Source of the DNA: Azolla caroliniana
Taxonomy: Eukaryota > Plantae > Polypodiophyta
DNA: 64,000 nucleotides
Direction: 5' to 3'
Assembly: GCA_043228905.1 (NCBI GenBank)
Contig: JBHGNT010000008.1
Span: 20,522,001 to 20,586,000 of the forward strand
This document shows, in pieces, positions 39,400-53,409 of the stretch (positions are counted from its first letter, which is position 1; each line of letters opens with the position of its first letter). A program made the translations under genes and the position numbers. Below the pieces are notes generated by a model, which saw only the letters and a list, made by a program, of their open reading frames with translations, was not told the DNA's origin and searched no databases.

Positions 39400-42300
39400 T
39401 GACAAACTACCCATAACAAGATACATTAATATTGACTTTGACAAATATTACTTGGGTTGAATTGGGAAGCTCTAAGAGGTTGAAAGGTATTGAGGAAATG
39501 AATGAGAAGAAATTGGCATATGCTAAAACAATACATGTGGATGAGGTTGACAAGGATCATCCTAATTGGGATAATTTATGGGGTATTGCAAATACCTTGT
39601 TGTCTGATATTGTGGACGAAAAGGAAAATGCAGCAAAAGAATGCATCGATGTGGATGTGCATGATGTGGAAGTTGACCTAAGGTAGTGTTGCAATCTTTT
39701 GATGTATTCTATGATCGTGTAGTTATATTTTTTTTTACCGGGAAACTCGCATATATAAATTGTATTAAACAATGGTTGAACACAATCGTGTCACCGAATT
39801 GTGTTGAGGATATATTTGCAGGACCATGAGGGTTTTATGATGTAGTATTTCATTCCCTTGAACATCGAAGTGCATTGTTGGCTAAAATTCTAGTGTTTTT
39901 GATAAACGATTAGTGCATGTAATGCCATGATCCTTTGTAGTGGACTATCATGCTTTGTTTAAACAAGAATGCCCCGTTTGGGTAACAATGGATTGCAAGC
40001 ATGCCTTTTTATGGCCACTTTTACCAAAGTTGATGAGTCAAATGGGTAAAGTATTGGTAACACCACATGCAAATGCCACAAATAAGTGCAGATTTTGTGT
40101 GTTATGGGATATAAGTCGTATGAGGCCATGATGGGTGCGTATGAACACACCTGGTATGAAAAGACTTTGTTTTAAATTGAAGTGCGAGACATTTGTAGGT
40201 CATTGTTTTGGATGTGGTGAATGGGGTCACTTTATGGTGGAATGCCAACGTCATTGTCCTTCAACTATAGAGGTTACTAATGAAGGGGATGGTAAGGAAG
40301 GATTTGGGAGAGATGTTGGTGTGTCAAATATTGTGGTTGTTATGGATGAAGGAAAATCATCTAGAGTAGGTTATAAAGAGGCCTCACTTCAAGGTTTGGG
40401 CCCTCATAATAAGGGAACTCAATCTATGGATATGGAAAAACAAAGTTTAGTGGTCATAGATAAGGGGGAAAAACCGTTCGATAGAAATAATAGTGATGTT
40501 GTTGTTGACAAAGATTGGCATCAGGTTAAGGCCAAGTTGAAGGGGAAATCAATGAATATGCAACGTAATAGTTTGCCCACTACTCGTGAGACTACTTGGC
40601 AAGGTAATTCAAGAATTAGGGAGGATCCTTGAAAAGTTCCTCGACAATGACAATTTCGGGATAAGGGATTACCCTTCACCCAATTTGATTTATTGGGACG
40701 GGTTATAAATTCATCAAATTCTCGAGGTTTTCGTCAAGCGGGAGGACCCAAACAAAAGATTTGATAGAGAACCCTAAGGATGTGGTGCATGAAAATCCAC
40801 ATGCAACATTGTAACATGCTTTGACTAGTTTCATGACATCGATTGCTCTAAGGGAGCAAGTGCACCCATAACATTATTGATTGAATGAAAGTGGTAACAT
40901 GGAATGTGAGAGGGGCATGTTCTCGGCATAAATATATTATGGGAAACTTTGTTAAGTAAAGAATGGGATGTATTATGTGCAATTGAGCATAAGTGTCACG
41001 AGTTAGCATGATCCATAGTTCATTTGCGTGGATATTTATCATTTTATGCAAGACATCTTAATAATCATTATTCATGTGTGGTATTAATCGTGCGGGATAA
41101 ATATTGTCCTCTAGTGGTGCATAGTGATCCTTAAGAGCGTTTTATGGTTCTAGAAATTACTTTTTTTGGCAAGGATGTTTGGGTGGTTGGGAATTATGCC
41201 TCTAACCAAGCCACTCAACGTATTGCATTATGGGGTTCACTCCTTCAAACCCTATGTGTGGGCTATCCATGATTACTTATGGGTGATTTTAACATGTGTG
41301 TTGATGCATCTCAATCTACGTTTGAACATTCAATCATGGATGATCTTGAGCAACTTGCTTGGGATTGATTGGCTATGGAGGTTTTGAAGTTGAATGTTTG
41401 GACATGGTTGCATGGGAATGATCCAAGTTTTACCTTCCAAACTGCTCAACATAGACAAACATGGAGTCGGTTACATAGAATGTATGTGATGTACGATGAT
41501 TCTTTTTTACCGACATCACTTCGTATGACAGTTCTACAAGATGTAGGAACTTCACATCATTTTCCTATTTTTTTGGAGGTTTGTAGTTATGCAATTGACA
41601 TGTATAACTCTTCTCTTTTGCTTCAACCTCCATTTGATTCTCACATGGAGCAAATTATGATAAAATTTTCACAATAAGTGAATCTTAAAGGAGTTAAAAG
41701 GATGGGATATCACATTACGAAACATTAAGATCATTCATCATATGTATGGAGTAACTAATGCTCAATGAAGAAGAGCTTCAACAATTCTCACAAGTTCTCT
41801 CTAGGTGTAATGCATTATTGATATATGCACCATTAGATGAGGAGCGTTTGGATATCCAGAGTCAATTGCATGTTATTATTTCTCATTTGCAATGCCAAAG
41901 TTATGGTTATGCTAAGATGCGACAACTCAAGGATGGGCTCATAGATTGTCAATCTATTTGTTTTTCCAAGGTTAAATCCTACTTATGCTCGAACTAATGT
42001 GGTACATGTGAAGCAAGGGGATGAATTCATAGTGGATCCTACTACAATAATTGACATATGTATTCATTACTTTAAGGAGTTGATTGACCTACAATTGTTA
42101 ATGACAAATGAGGTGAGTAGAGCACGACATGCGTTTTATGATATGGTTGGATGCATTGTGCACAACCTCATTAGACATGAATTGGATGCAAATTTCACTG
42201 AGGATGAGGTGGACATGGTTTTAAGGCATCTTCCTAGTGGTAAGAGCCTTGGTTGGGATGACTTGACAAATGAAGTTTTAAAGCGATATTCAAACATTTT

Positions 42301-43300
42301 AAAGGGGCCCTTAACGTCAATGTTTCAACATTATTGGGATTCTAGTCATATGCCTCAAGCTTGAAAGGTTGGTCTAATTAAATTAGTTCCAAAGGTGGCA
42401 TCTCCAGAGTCATTTCATCAATGGAGATCTATTTATTTGATGGGGGGGCTGTATAAGATATTTACAAAGGTCTTGGCAAATAGATTACAAAAGTATTTGC
42501 CAAAGTTGATACGTCCCGCCCAATATGGTGCTATTGTAGGTAGGAATATATTGCATAATGTGTTGAAAGTTCAAATGGCCATGGATTATGCTCGAAACAC
42601 TCATCAAGAATTGATTATGGTGCAATTAGATTTGGAGAAAGCTTATGATCATGTTAATTGTTCGTTTGTTTCTGGGTTAATGCATACAATGGGCTTTGGA
42701 CCTCGTATGTCTCGCCTTATATTTTTATTAGGACAAGATTTAGTGTCTCGAGTAATGCTTAATGGGGTAGTTACATCACATATTGCCCTTGCAAGATTCA
42801 TTTGTCAAGGATGCCCTCTTAGGCCTTTGTTGTTTGCTATTGTTACTCATCCCTTGTTAGTGATGTTATCAAGGTTTGCAACAAATGGTGACATTGTGGG
42901 TTTACACCTTTCGTCTGGAGGGAAACTAGTAGCACAAGCTTTGGTTGATTATTCTTTCATGTTTCTACAAGCCTCATGAGAGAATCTTGAGAAGGGGATG
43001 CTTGTATGGAACCAATTTGCGTTGGTTTGCAGATTACATATTAATTGGAGGAGGCCTAGTCTCATATCATGTACTGAGCAGGATTTGGAATGTTTAGGAT
43101 GGCAAGGATCCGTGGTGAAGAAAGACTCTATTTTTCGACACTTGGGCTATCCATTAGGAATGAAAGTTACAAATGGTCTATTGATTGAATGGATGTTTGG
43201 TAAGTTGAGGGATAAGTTCATGTATTGGACGTCACAATCTTGGCCATTTCATGTACGCTTGAAGGTTGTACAATGTATTATGGAACCCATGATATTCTTG
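39400..43300 (+). mobile_element. Degenerate L1 LINE (ORF1 + ORF2), 3' truncated
   Basis: ORF1 zinc knuckle CFGCGEWGHFMVEC. Endonuclease start MKVVTWNVRG (~40884) and GDFN. RT motifs LDLEKAYDHV, QGCPL and RHLGYPLG, with many stops and frameshifts. Confidence 0.88.
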
Positions 43301-43348
43301 TAAAGAATCAAGAGCGATTCTATGCAGCGGAAGGTGTGTGTAGTTAGG

Positions 43349-46300
43349 AGAAAGAAAGAAAGAAAGATATATTAAGGTCTTCTAAGGCCAAATTTGGCCC
43401 ATGAGACAAATGGTTTACAACAAAAAATGGGATATTTACCCATTCATCGAAAGTAAAAAATAAAATAAAAATAGAGTTTTAAGCTAAATAGTTCTAGTAA
43501 AATAAAATAACAAACATGTTCTACAATGAAAATGATGTTACAAATTTATGAATAGTAAAAGGGTTATGGTTAACACTTCGTAATTTATTCTCCCTATGTT
43601 GTTTTAGCTCTAAGATATACCTACCTAGTGTCTTTACATCCAGGGTATCTAATAGTTTGGAGAGGGTGGGAGAGGGTCCTAATATGTATTGGTATTCCAC
43701 TCGTATCTCGGCATAAGTTGGGCACTTGCATGTGAAGTGATACTCATATCTCTATGTGGCACAACCTACATAGCCTTTCCTCCCTAGGGACTCTATTAGC
43801 CCGACCATTCTCAATCTCAAGTTGGTGAGATGATATCCTAAGTTGTCCAATGGCCACCCTTAGTGCATTTGATAAGAATGTATCTAGATATCTTGGTCGT
43901 GTAATAAAACCTAACTGAGAGAAGTGCAAGAAGTGTTCCTTATAGTACAACATTTTAGATGGGAGTGGCTCTCGTGGTGTGATCCATTTATATCGATTGT
44001 AAATTTTCCATATTTCTTGGCATATTACTTTATTACGGTCTTCATGAGATATTCAAGTTTGGTCAGTCCCATGGTTGTACTAGAACTATTTACTAGAACA
44101 TTAATAGAGTTTGCATACATGAGGGAAGGGGTCACTAATGAGTTGAAGAGCCATCCCTTAGTCCGTGGCTCTTGAAAGTATGCTTGGTGGCATTGTCTCT
44201 CTAAGAGTGAGAGGGATGCATACCCTCTCGTTAGCCTATCTTTGGCTGCCTGGGTCATCAAGAATTTACCTGAGCGAGCATTAAAAGTGACTCCCAAGTA
44301 TACATTTGATCCAACTACCTCAACTAGTTTATGAGAGAGGATTAGGTGACATTTACTCCCAACTCGGGACGATGTATGAAAGATAAGGACTTTAGTTTTC
44401 GCTAGATTCACTACCAGTCCTCGTTGTGTACAAAAGTCATCTAGGGCATTAAGATGCTTTTGTAGGTCGTGTTCCGACTCCGAGAGCAAGACAATGTCGT
44501 TTGCATAGAGTAAGAGACTAACTTGCGTATCCCCAATAACTACTCCCTTGCCTCCCTTACAAGCAATAAAATCAGTGAACTCATCAATGTAGATCCCAAA
44601 AAGAGTCAGTGATAGGTGGCAACCTTGTTTTACACCAATGGTGCTAGTGAAACAATCGGATAGGCCACGTAGGCATCTTAAACACCCAGAGACTTGCTCA
44701 TATAGGCCATAAATGGCCCAGATCATGTCATTTGGTATCTCCAATCTCTTAAGTCTATCAAACAACTTCTCCCTAGGAACTGTGTCAAAGGCTTTGCGGA
44801 AGTCCAAAAAGCAACAATATAGTTTCTTCTTACGAGCCTTTGTCTGGTCAATTAAGCACCTAAGTGTGACGATATTGTCAATAGTGGAGAAGGCTCGTCT
44901 AAAGCCAACCTGCTCAGGTGCTTGAAGACTTAATGTTTCCATATAATCGTTGAGCTCCGCTTCCATTACCACACCATATAGTTTAGTGAGCGTATGACTT
45001 ATCATAATGGTCCTATATGTATTTGGGTCCATTGGGTCCCCTCCTTTATGTATAGGGGCCATTGTGTTCATGGTCCATTGTGGTGGAAAACCCTTAGCGA
45101 GGGCGTGGTTGAAGATTAGAGTGAGAAAGGGGCCTAGGCACTCTCGAGCATAGATGATGTGCTCGGCTCGCAATCTTGTGTGGGCCATGGATTTCCTATG
45201 TTGTAATTTTTTTATGACCTTCATGACCCGAGAGGTCGTGAAAAGTGTCCCCATGTTAGGTCGGGGTGTGGAAGGCATTGGGTGGGTGGTTGGTTTGGGA
45301 CATGGTCTAGAGTCTCTCGATATATGTGTGTCAAATATTGGGATCCTCGATGGGTGTTTGTGGTCGGGGTTCTCGTAGTCTCTTCCATGCAAGGGCGCAA
45401 TCCCTACTCATGAGCATATGGTAGAGTTCCCAATATTGGGATGCTTCCCAAGCTTGTCTTTTACGACGTGTCATCTTGCGCATCTCTTTTCGAGCCTGTA
45501 CTGAGGAAATAGTACCATATTGGGATTGGGTTCTCGCATTGAAATCTCCTACATGGAAGACTTCCCCTTGAGAAGAATATCAGATTATGTCATCCGATAA
45601 AGGTTCGTATGGAGAAGGCCCATGCGGCGTTCCTTCATCAACTATACTCGCCTCTCTAGCCATATTATACCGGGATCCTTTCGGGGGGAAGTAACACACG
45701 ACGATAAATATCGCCTAATCCTTGTTAGTGAGGACTTTCACCCACATAAAACGGGCTTCTGGGTCTTTCTTTAGTATTTCTATCCTATTATGTATCTCTC
45801 TCCGAAATAGTATCGCAACCCCTCTAGACCCTCTAGTAGTATGTCAACGTGAGATTTGTCTAAAGACAAATTCCCAACGAAAACCATCAACTTGTGGTAG
45901 TCCTCGATTTGGGTTCTGATGTGTTTTTACTAAAAACAGTATGTCAGATACCTTCAAAATCTCCTCTAGACAGCCAAGGTGTGTCCAAAGTGCACCGTTA
46001 CAGTTCCATAAAGTCATCCTAAGTTTATTGTCTGTCACATGGGCCACACGCCGTCAATTGGTAGCACAATAATTTATTATCACACGTCAGTCTCGGTAAA
46101 AAGTACGATGCCCCTCTTTACGAGTTTGTATGACTCACGGCATACAAGTTTTACAATGCTCAATTTGCATCTTGGTCAGGTCTTCATGGAGGTAGATAGG
46201 GTCCCCACCTAGTCCTCGTAGAATTGGTCTCTTTTTAAAAAATGCGATTCTAGATTTTGAGTTCTTAAACTGAAGGACCAAAGCTCTTTTCCTAGTGGTG

Positions 46301-46900
46301 TCACGTCCTACCCTCCAAGTTTAAGTGATTGGTAGGGCTTCGTACCTGAACATTTTCCTTAATGTTTGTGCATCTTCATCAGGAGATGCCCCTTCCTTGA
46401 GCCTAGTAACTCGTACATTTAGGCGTCGAGCTTGACGCATTTTTTCCTCCTCAAGGGTAGTGTTTACAATATTTTCATCCTTTAGTTCCTTTTTAATATT
46501 ACGTTTTACTACATCAACCCACCTAGTTTTTGCTAATTCCATATCGCTTTTAACCTCTTCCTTAACCTTTTTTATTTCGTCCTTAATATCCTCTAGGGAA
46601 GATATTTCACCATCTCCTAGATGTCTCAAGGTCCTTAACTTGTTTCTGAAGGTTGGTGTTGTCTACTTTAAGTTTCGTTATTTCAGCAATAAGCACTTCT
46701 TTTTCTTCCTTATCTTTTTGTTTTTCAGCTTCAATCTCTTTCACCCATTTTTCTATTTTAACTAAACGGTTAAGGAAATCTAAAAATTCTTCCTTACTTA
46801 TAGTTTCTTTGTGTGTTTCCTTATGGTTTCGTCCAGAAGTCCTGTTGTAAATCAAAAGATAAAAGAAAGAAAAAACAAAGATGATAGAAAAAACTTAGCT
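43349..46900 (-). mobile_element. Non-L1 LINE (RTEX-like): coiled-coil ORF1 + APE/RT ORF2 + C-terminal zinc finger, (TTTC)n tail
   Basis: ORF1 RRLNVRVT..WRVGR..LVLQF..IYLHEDLT (46855-46050). Endonuclease LWNCNG (~46010). RT QVGFR, FLDFRKAFDTV, GVKQGC, LLLYANDIVL. C-terminus LRISSHQLEIENGR..REERLCRLC..HFTCKCP. Confidence 0.85.
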
Positions 46901-47175
46901 GAGCATCGATGCCTTACGCGCTAGGTTTGAGTGTGGAAGCACATGTATGCTCTCTCATTTACTCATCCGATGATGTCGTGAGAAGCGTAGGTGATAGTGA
47001 TAGCGACGGCGGACAACAATGACAACGGCAGACAACAAACAACGACGGAGACGATGACAACGATAGTTGGTAGATGACAACGGTGGCAATAGTAGCAGTG
47101 ACAATGGCGATAACAGACAATGGCACTAGGTGATAGCGGTAGCAAACAACGACGACAACGATAGAAAGAGTCGTT

Positions 47176-47179
<4 letters not shown>

Positions 47180-47220
<41 letters not shown>
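47180..47220. repeat. (GA)n microsatellite
   Basis: About 20 GA units. Confidence 0.95.
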
Positions 47221-47225
<5 letters not shown>

Positions 47226-47290
47226 ATTATCGTCTTTGAAGGTCAAATATGACCTATGAGACCAAAAATATTACATTTCACGTGATACGT

Positions 47291-49560
47291 TGTCGTAGTG
47301 TAATTTGCGCACTACGAGAAAGTTGCTTTTTTGTCTCTCCGGATGGGACAAGGAGGAACCGGTAAAGAAGAACCGGAGAGAACCGGATGAAGGAAGAATT
47401 GGCAAGGAGGAACCGGTAAAGGAGAACCGGTGAGAACTGGATGAAGGAAGAATCGGCAAGGAGGAACCGGTAAAGAAGAACCAGCGAGAACCGGATGAAG
47501 GAAGAATCGGCAAGGAGGAACCAGTAAAGAAGAACCAGCGAGAACCGGATGAAGGAAGAATCGGCAAGGAGGAACCGGTAAAGAAGAACCGATGAGAACC
47601 GGATAAAGAAAACAGGCGAGAACCGGATGAAGAGAGTCGGTGAGAAACGGACGAAGAGGGCCGGTAAGGAGGACCCGGTAAGAACCAGATAAAGAAAACC
47701 AGTGAGAACCGGATGAAACAGACCCGACAAGATCCGGATTAAGAAGGCCGGTGAGAGTCTCTCACCGGATGAAGAGACAAATTTGTAAATAAAAGAAAAG
47801 ATTGTTACATGCATAGGGCAAGATTCGAACCCTGTACCACTATACTAGCATATTATAAATTTTAAAGTTATACTAAACTTTATCCCATGTAAATATTCTA
47901 GATATGCATGGTACAGAAAGTTATTCATGCATACACACTTGAGTTAAAAGAGAAGATGGGATAGAAAGCTAATCATGCACATGTAGTGTGCATGAAAACT
48001 AAAGTTAGAAAAAGCATGTTAGATAAAGCATATAGTCTATAGTTAGAGAAAAAGCATGGATTGTGAAGACTCTCTCATCATTATATAAGGATGGGGAGCA
48101 CAATGTAATGGGGGCTGTGAAATATTTGGAAATTGGATATATTTCTTAAAGATACCAATTAATATATGTGTGGGATTCACGAAATAATCTGTACTTGTGG
48201 GATTCACAAGTTCTTTTTAATCTCTTTCTTTCAATCTAAATACATATTGTTATCTAAATATTGATTAATCGAATACAATACACTCGTGGGATTCACGCGA
48301 TTTCTATCTCTCTTTCTAATAATCTATCCATAACTATAAACTTGTCTCACATTCTTCCTCTTCCTAGTCCAAAACCCCAGCGGTTTCCACCCGACTCACG
48401 CAACGATCTGGCGCCGAAAGGCACGACACAAGTTGTGAACCCGACGTGAAATCGGGTGGCAAGGAGATGGAGAATCAACAAGAGTTGATGAAGAAGATGA
48501 TGATGATTGAGCGGATGCAACAAGAACAACGCGCGATGTCGGAGATGAAGGTGGCAGTAGAGCAGTTTGTGCGATGAAATGGGGAATTCAATGGAAAGGA
48601 TGTGTCACGTTACCTATGTGATTATAAGGCGGAGATGATGCGATGTCAGATACCGGAAGGATTGCAAGTGATATCCTTTAGTCGGGTGGCCTCGGACGAG
48701 GTGCAAGAGAGCATATACGAGATACGATAACAGAACACAACGTGGGTGTCCTTTGAGAAAGCACTATTGGAGAAGAATGACTACGAGAGATCGATGGGAC
48801 AAGATCGACGTGAGTTCGACGAATGGGTGGTATCGGAGAAGACCCACCGAAGTGCAACACAAGCATTCCTAGAGTTCGAGCATTGTTCTGCTCGACTCTT
48901 AGAGCGGGAACAACGATTGGTGGGGATGGATAAAGTCCTAATGTTCATGAAGTCGATCGATCAGAAAGAAAGGATGGACATCGGGATGCAACTTGAAGAT
49001 GATGACGGTGCAAATAGCCTTACCGAGGATTGGGCTGAAGTTGAAAGAGTATGCCGAAGATATGATAAGAGGAAGACGAGAATATTGTCGGCAACAACAT
49101 GACCTATAAGGGATGATCGATTAAGGACAAACGATGTAGCTGATATGAAGGCCGGAATACAACATGATGGTACCACAGAAGAGGGTGTGAAACAAGCTAC
49201 CCTCTTGTGTTGGGAAAGAACGATGGCCAAGGATAAGGCCGATAACCTAAGAGTGGCGAACACCACTTCAAGAGTAGAAGAAGGTTTCGGAATACAAATA
49301 TCCCAAACATCGGGTGAAAAAGGGGTAAGCATAATTGATGCTTGCATGATCGAGGGAGATAAAGAGTGCGAGGCAGACTTGATTAAGGAGGTTGCCACGA
49401 AAGATGACATCGAATCGGAGGTGTCTATGGAAGAATCAATGGCGGATGGCCGTATGAAGACGTTCCCACCACTAGTTCTAGAGACTTCGACAATTGTGTT
49501 CGAGAACCAATGTGAGACCGGAGAGACGGGAGGTGACGGCAAGAAAGGTAAAGTCGGAAG
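47291..49560 (+). mobile_element. Gypsy-type gag element: 5' LTR (47291-48428), Trp-type PBS, degenerate gag; 3' truncated
   Basis: TGTCGT..CACGACA termini. PBS TTGTGAACCCGACGTG at 48433. gag-like FNGKDVSRYL..VGMDKVLMFMKSID..LEDDDGANSLTEDW with stops. Confidence 0.75.
47349..47720. repeat. 54-bp minisatellite inside an LTR
   Basis: CAAGGAGGAACC(G/A)GTAAAG starts at 47349, 47403, 47457, 47511 and 47565, then degenerates. Confidence 0.95.
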
Positions 49561-51446
49561 CTAAGAGAGTTCTAGTATTGTACAAAACGTGGTATGGTGT
49601 AAGCCTAATTCCATTTCCATCCAAGCCTCTCGAAAAGAAGTGGGAGGTCAAAGGGTTTCGGTGTGGGTGTGATCTATGAACCCGGGGTAGAGAGTGCCCT
49701 AGCCATGGTTCTAGGAGGTGTAGCTCACATTCCCTTATTTTCTTAATTTCTTCTACACCACGTCAAGTTGCTTCTACACCATGTTGACTAGCTCACGTTC
49801 CCTTATTTTATTAATTGCTTTGAGGGTGTTTAGTTCTTCTTTTGTTTTTTGCAGTAGGGAAGTTCAGTTTGAATATGCTAAGGTGTGTTCCCACACCAGG
49901 GAAGTTGAGTTTGATTCTCAACACGCCCCTTCAAACACAACTTTCGGTCACCGAAAAGTTGGTTCGTACTGGTCTTCGGGTTGACTTTGAGTCAGCTTTA
50001 GCTTGGGATTTGAATGGCTGACTCACTCCTGTGTTCGCTCTGATCTATTCCACATCTTGTTGGACGACTCCTTATCCATAATCCCCCTCAAGCTCGGTTG
50101 GTCAGTGATCGAGAGACCAAGGTTCGTCGTGAATTGCTGTAGCTTGTCGGTTCCCAGGGCCTTTGTGAAGATGTCAGTCGTCTGCAGATTCGTGATGATG
50201 TGTTGCAGGTCGACATCTCCAGCTAGGACATGTTTTCAGATGAAATGATAATGCACCACCATGTGCTTAGTTTGAGTGTGGAAAATTGGGTTGTGGGCCA
50301 AGTGGATGCTACTCATATTGTCGCAATAGAGGAGAATCAGATCCTTGATGGGAACGCCCAGATCCTTTAATATTCTCTTGAGACAAATAGCTTCAAATGC
50401 AGCAACGGCCGCGCCCTTGTATTTGGCTTCTATGCTTGATAAGGCAACTGTCAACTACATCTTACTGCTCCATGATATGGCGCCACTGCGGAGGGAGAAG
50501 AAAAATCCCGATGTTCATCGTCTGTCAACTTTGTAGCTGGCCCACTCGACATCAGTGTACCCTTCGAGTCGAATTGGTGAGAATGATTTGTAGAGGATGC
50601 TATAATCCATGGTCCCACTCACATACCTTAGTATCGCTTAGCACAATCGAGATGAATGTCACGCAGAGTCAGCATGAACTGGCTAAGGAGGCCAACTGAA
50701 TAACTGAGATCGGATCGGGTGACAGTGAGATAGATTAGGCTTCCTACTAATTGACGATAGATAGTTGGCTCACACTCTTTTGTGCTAGAATGAGTTTCTA
50801 GTTTTAGGTTTTGATCGAGAGGTGTAGTGATAGGCTTACACGTTGTCATTCCAAACTTGTAAAGAATATTGAGGATATAGTGACGTTGGGAGATCATGAT
50901 GCTGTCAGGAGTTCCAATTACTTCTATGCCCAGAAAGTAATGTAGGTCCTTCACGTTTTTCATTTCGAATTGGCTAGAGAGTGGCTTCCTGGTATGTTCG
51001 ATATCGCCGATGTGCTCTCCTCCAATGACCAAGTCATCCACATAAATTATGATGAATAACTGTCCTCGGGAGTCGTTTCAAATGAACAAAGAATTGTTGG
51101 TCTTGGACATTTTGAAGCCGATTTGGTGAAGATATTGGGTTATCTTCGAATGTCATGCTCTTGGTGCTTGCTTGAGACCGTAGAGAGACTTTTTGAGTCG
51201 GTAGACAATAGTCGGATGCGTACTCGTCTTGAATTCCAGTGTTTGTACCATTTACATCTCCTCTTCTAACTCGCCTTGGAGAAAGGCATTCTTCACCTCC
51301 ATTTGGTGAAGATGCCACCCTTTGGTTGCTACATGCGCGATCACGGTTCGTATGGTCTCTTCATAATTGACCCCGTGAGTTTGCACATACCCTTTTGCCA
51401 CAAGCTGGGCCTTATACTGATTAATGGTGTCGTCGGCATTGTGCTT
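49560..51446 (-). mobile_element. Copia fragment F (RT, RNase H, PPT, 3' LTR starting at 49923)
   Basis: YKAQLVAKGY, HQMEVKNAFL, YVDDL and LYCDN in broken frames. PPT 49924-49934. LTR start matches the sequence at ~63525-63579. Confidence 0.85.
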
Positions 51447-51529
51447 CAAAAAGAATAGCGTGCGGAATCATTAGAAAGCCGAACTCAGAAACGCAGGTTC
51501 AATGGAGAGCTTGAATAAACATAGTACTC

Positions 51530-51581
<52 letters not shown>

Positions 51582-53409
51582 GTGAGTGAGAGTCAATACA
51601 CAAACTCAATTCAAAACAATACATTGTCTGTACATAGGATGTGCTCAGTGAGCACTTTTATACAAGTCCATATGGATTGACAGAAGTATTGACACGTACT
51701 TCAATGCTCATAATTGAGCTCTACACTTACTCCCAAAATATATTCCTACGCAGAATATCTTTCCAATGGCCTTGCGGTTTACTCACCGCTACGGCTTGTT
51801 GCGCACCGGTTTGCGTAACAGTTTACGCACCGATCCAGCCTAACCGATCGGTCCCAACCGATCCGGTTCTCGGCTTGTACAGCCGATCCGGCCAGCATTG
51901 AGCTTGTATCTTAACACTCCCCCTGAAGCTCAAATTGAGGTTCCATCCGCTCTTCCGGATCTATGCTCCGGTTCCTTCTGGTTTCACGCCTTGCTCGCGC
52001 TCCTCGTCCTGTTCGATTCAGCGCTCTTCGACCCTTCTGGTCAGCTTGTCTGCTCACACAGCCCTTCTCAGCTTCCTCGTTGTTGCAGTGTTGGCACCTA
52101 TTCTACTGCCTTCTCTTCCGCTTGGCCCTTGGTTGATTTAGCGTATCCGAATCAAACATCCGAACCGATTTTGCTTCCTCTGATCGGTTTTCGCTTTCGT
52201 CCGAGTTGGTTGTCTCCAACTTGTCTTTGGTATCCTCGCCCTTGATGACTTCGTCTCCCCCATGCTTGGTTGGCTTCGACTCTTTATTTCGATTGTTCCC
52301 CTTATATCCGCTTCCGGAATCTTCCGCGGATCCGCCCTCGGCTTCTTCAGCCAATCCGAAATTGAATTCGTCATCCAACTCGGCGTTGCGGTCTTCCGGA
52401 ACTTCTCTCCCCCTTCCATGGTCATTCGAGACGTCTCTCCCCCTCATGTTCGGCACGTCGAGGTGATGCAACCCAAGCGCACCTGAGAATTGCCACAGCT
52501 TGTCCAGACCAAGAGGCTTGGTGAAGATGTCGGCGGTCTGCCGATCCGTCAGAACACTGAAGGTCGACTTCACCGGAGAGGACACGCTCACAAACGAAAT
52601 GGTAGTGCACCTCAATGTGCTTAGTCCAGTCCTGAAAGACGGGGTTCTTTGCTAGCTGGATGCTGCTGAGGTTGTCGCAATAGATTGTTGTAGGATCAGA
52701 TACCTCCACCTGAAGATCCTTAAGTAGACACATCAACCATATGGCTTCGCATGTCGCAATAGCCGCTCCTCTATACTCGGCTTTGGTGCTCGACATCGCA
52801 ACTGTCGGCTGCTTCTTGCTACTCCACGAGATCGCGGCATTCCCAGGAGAGATCGCGAAATCGGACCTGGATCGGCGATCGGCAACATTGCCGGCCCAGT
52901 CGGCATCGGTGCAGCCAACCAACTCCGGTGATGTACCGATCCGATATAATAGCCCCAGGTCCTTAGTGCCGCTGACGTACTGAAGTACGCGTTGTGCACA
53001 CTGAAGATGTTGCTTGGTAGGTCGCACCATAAACTGACTAATCACCCCGATTGGGTAGCTGAGATCTGGTCGGGTGATGGTCAAGTATATAAGGCCTCCG
53101 ACTATCTGTTGGAACCTCGTCCGGTCGCATACCTTTCCGGAATCGAGGCGAAGCTTGATGGTTCTATCCAAAGGAGTCGAGATGGACTTACAGTCGGCCA
53201 TCCCAAATTTGAAGAGCATACTCAGCACATAATGTCGTTGGCTGATCAGTTTGCCTTCGGGGGTGCGGATCACTTCGATCCCGAGGAAGTAATGAAGATC
53301 ACCCAGATCCTTCATGTCGAATGATGCCGCACGCTGGAGCTTCACATGGTCAATCTCACCTAGATCAACATAAAGTAAAATGCTAAACGGCCCGAGTCGA
53401 CCTTTTCGG

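Noticed and set aside
43299-43348. Short LTR-end-like sequence between the L1 and the RTEX-like tail
   Set aside because: About 50 bp only, and no matching other end was identified.
47271-47814. ORFs with 18-aa repeats
   Set aside because: Translations of the 54-bp LTR minisatellite.
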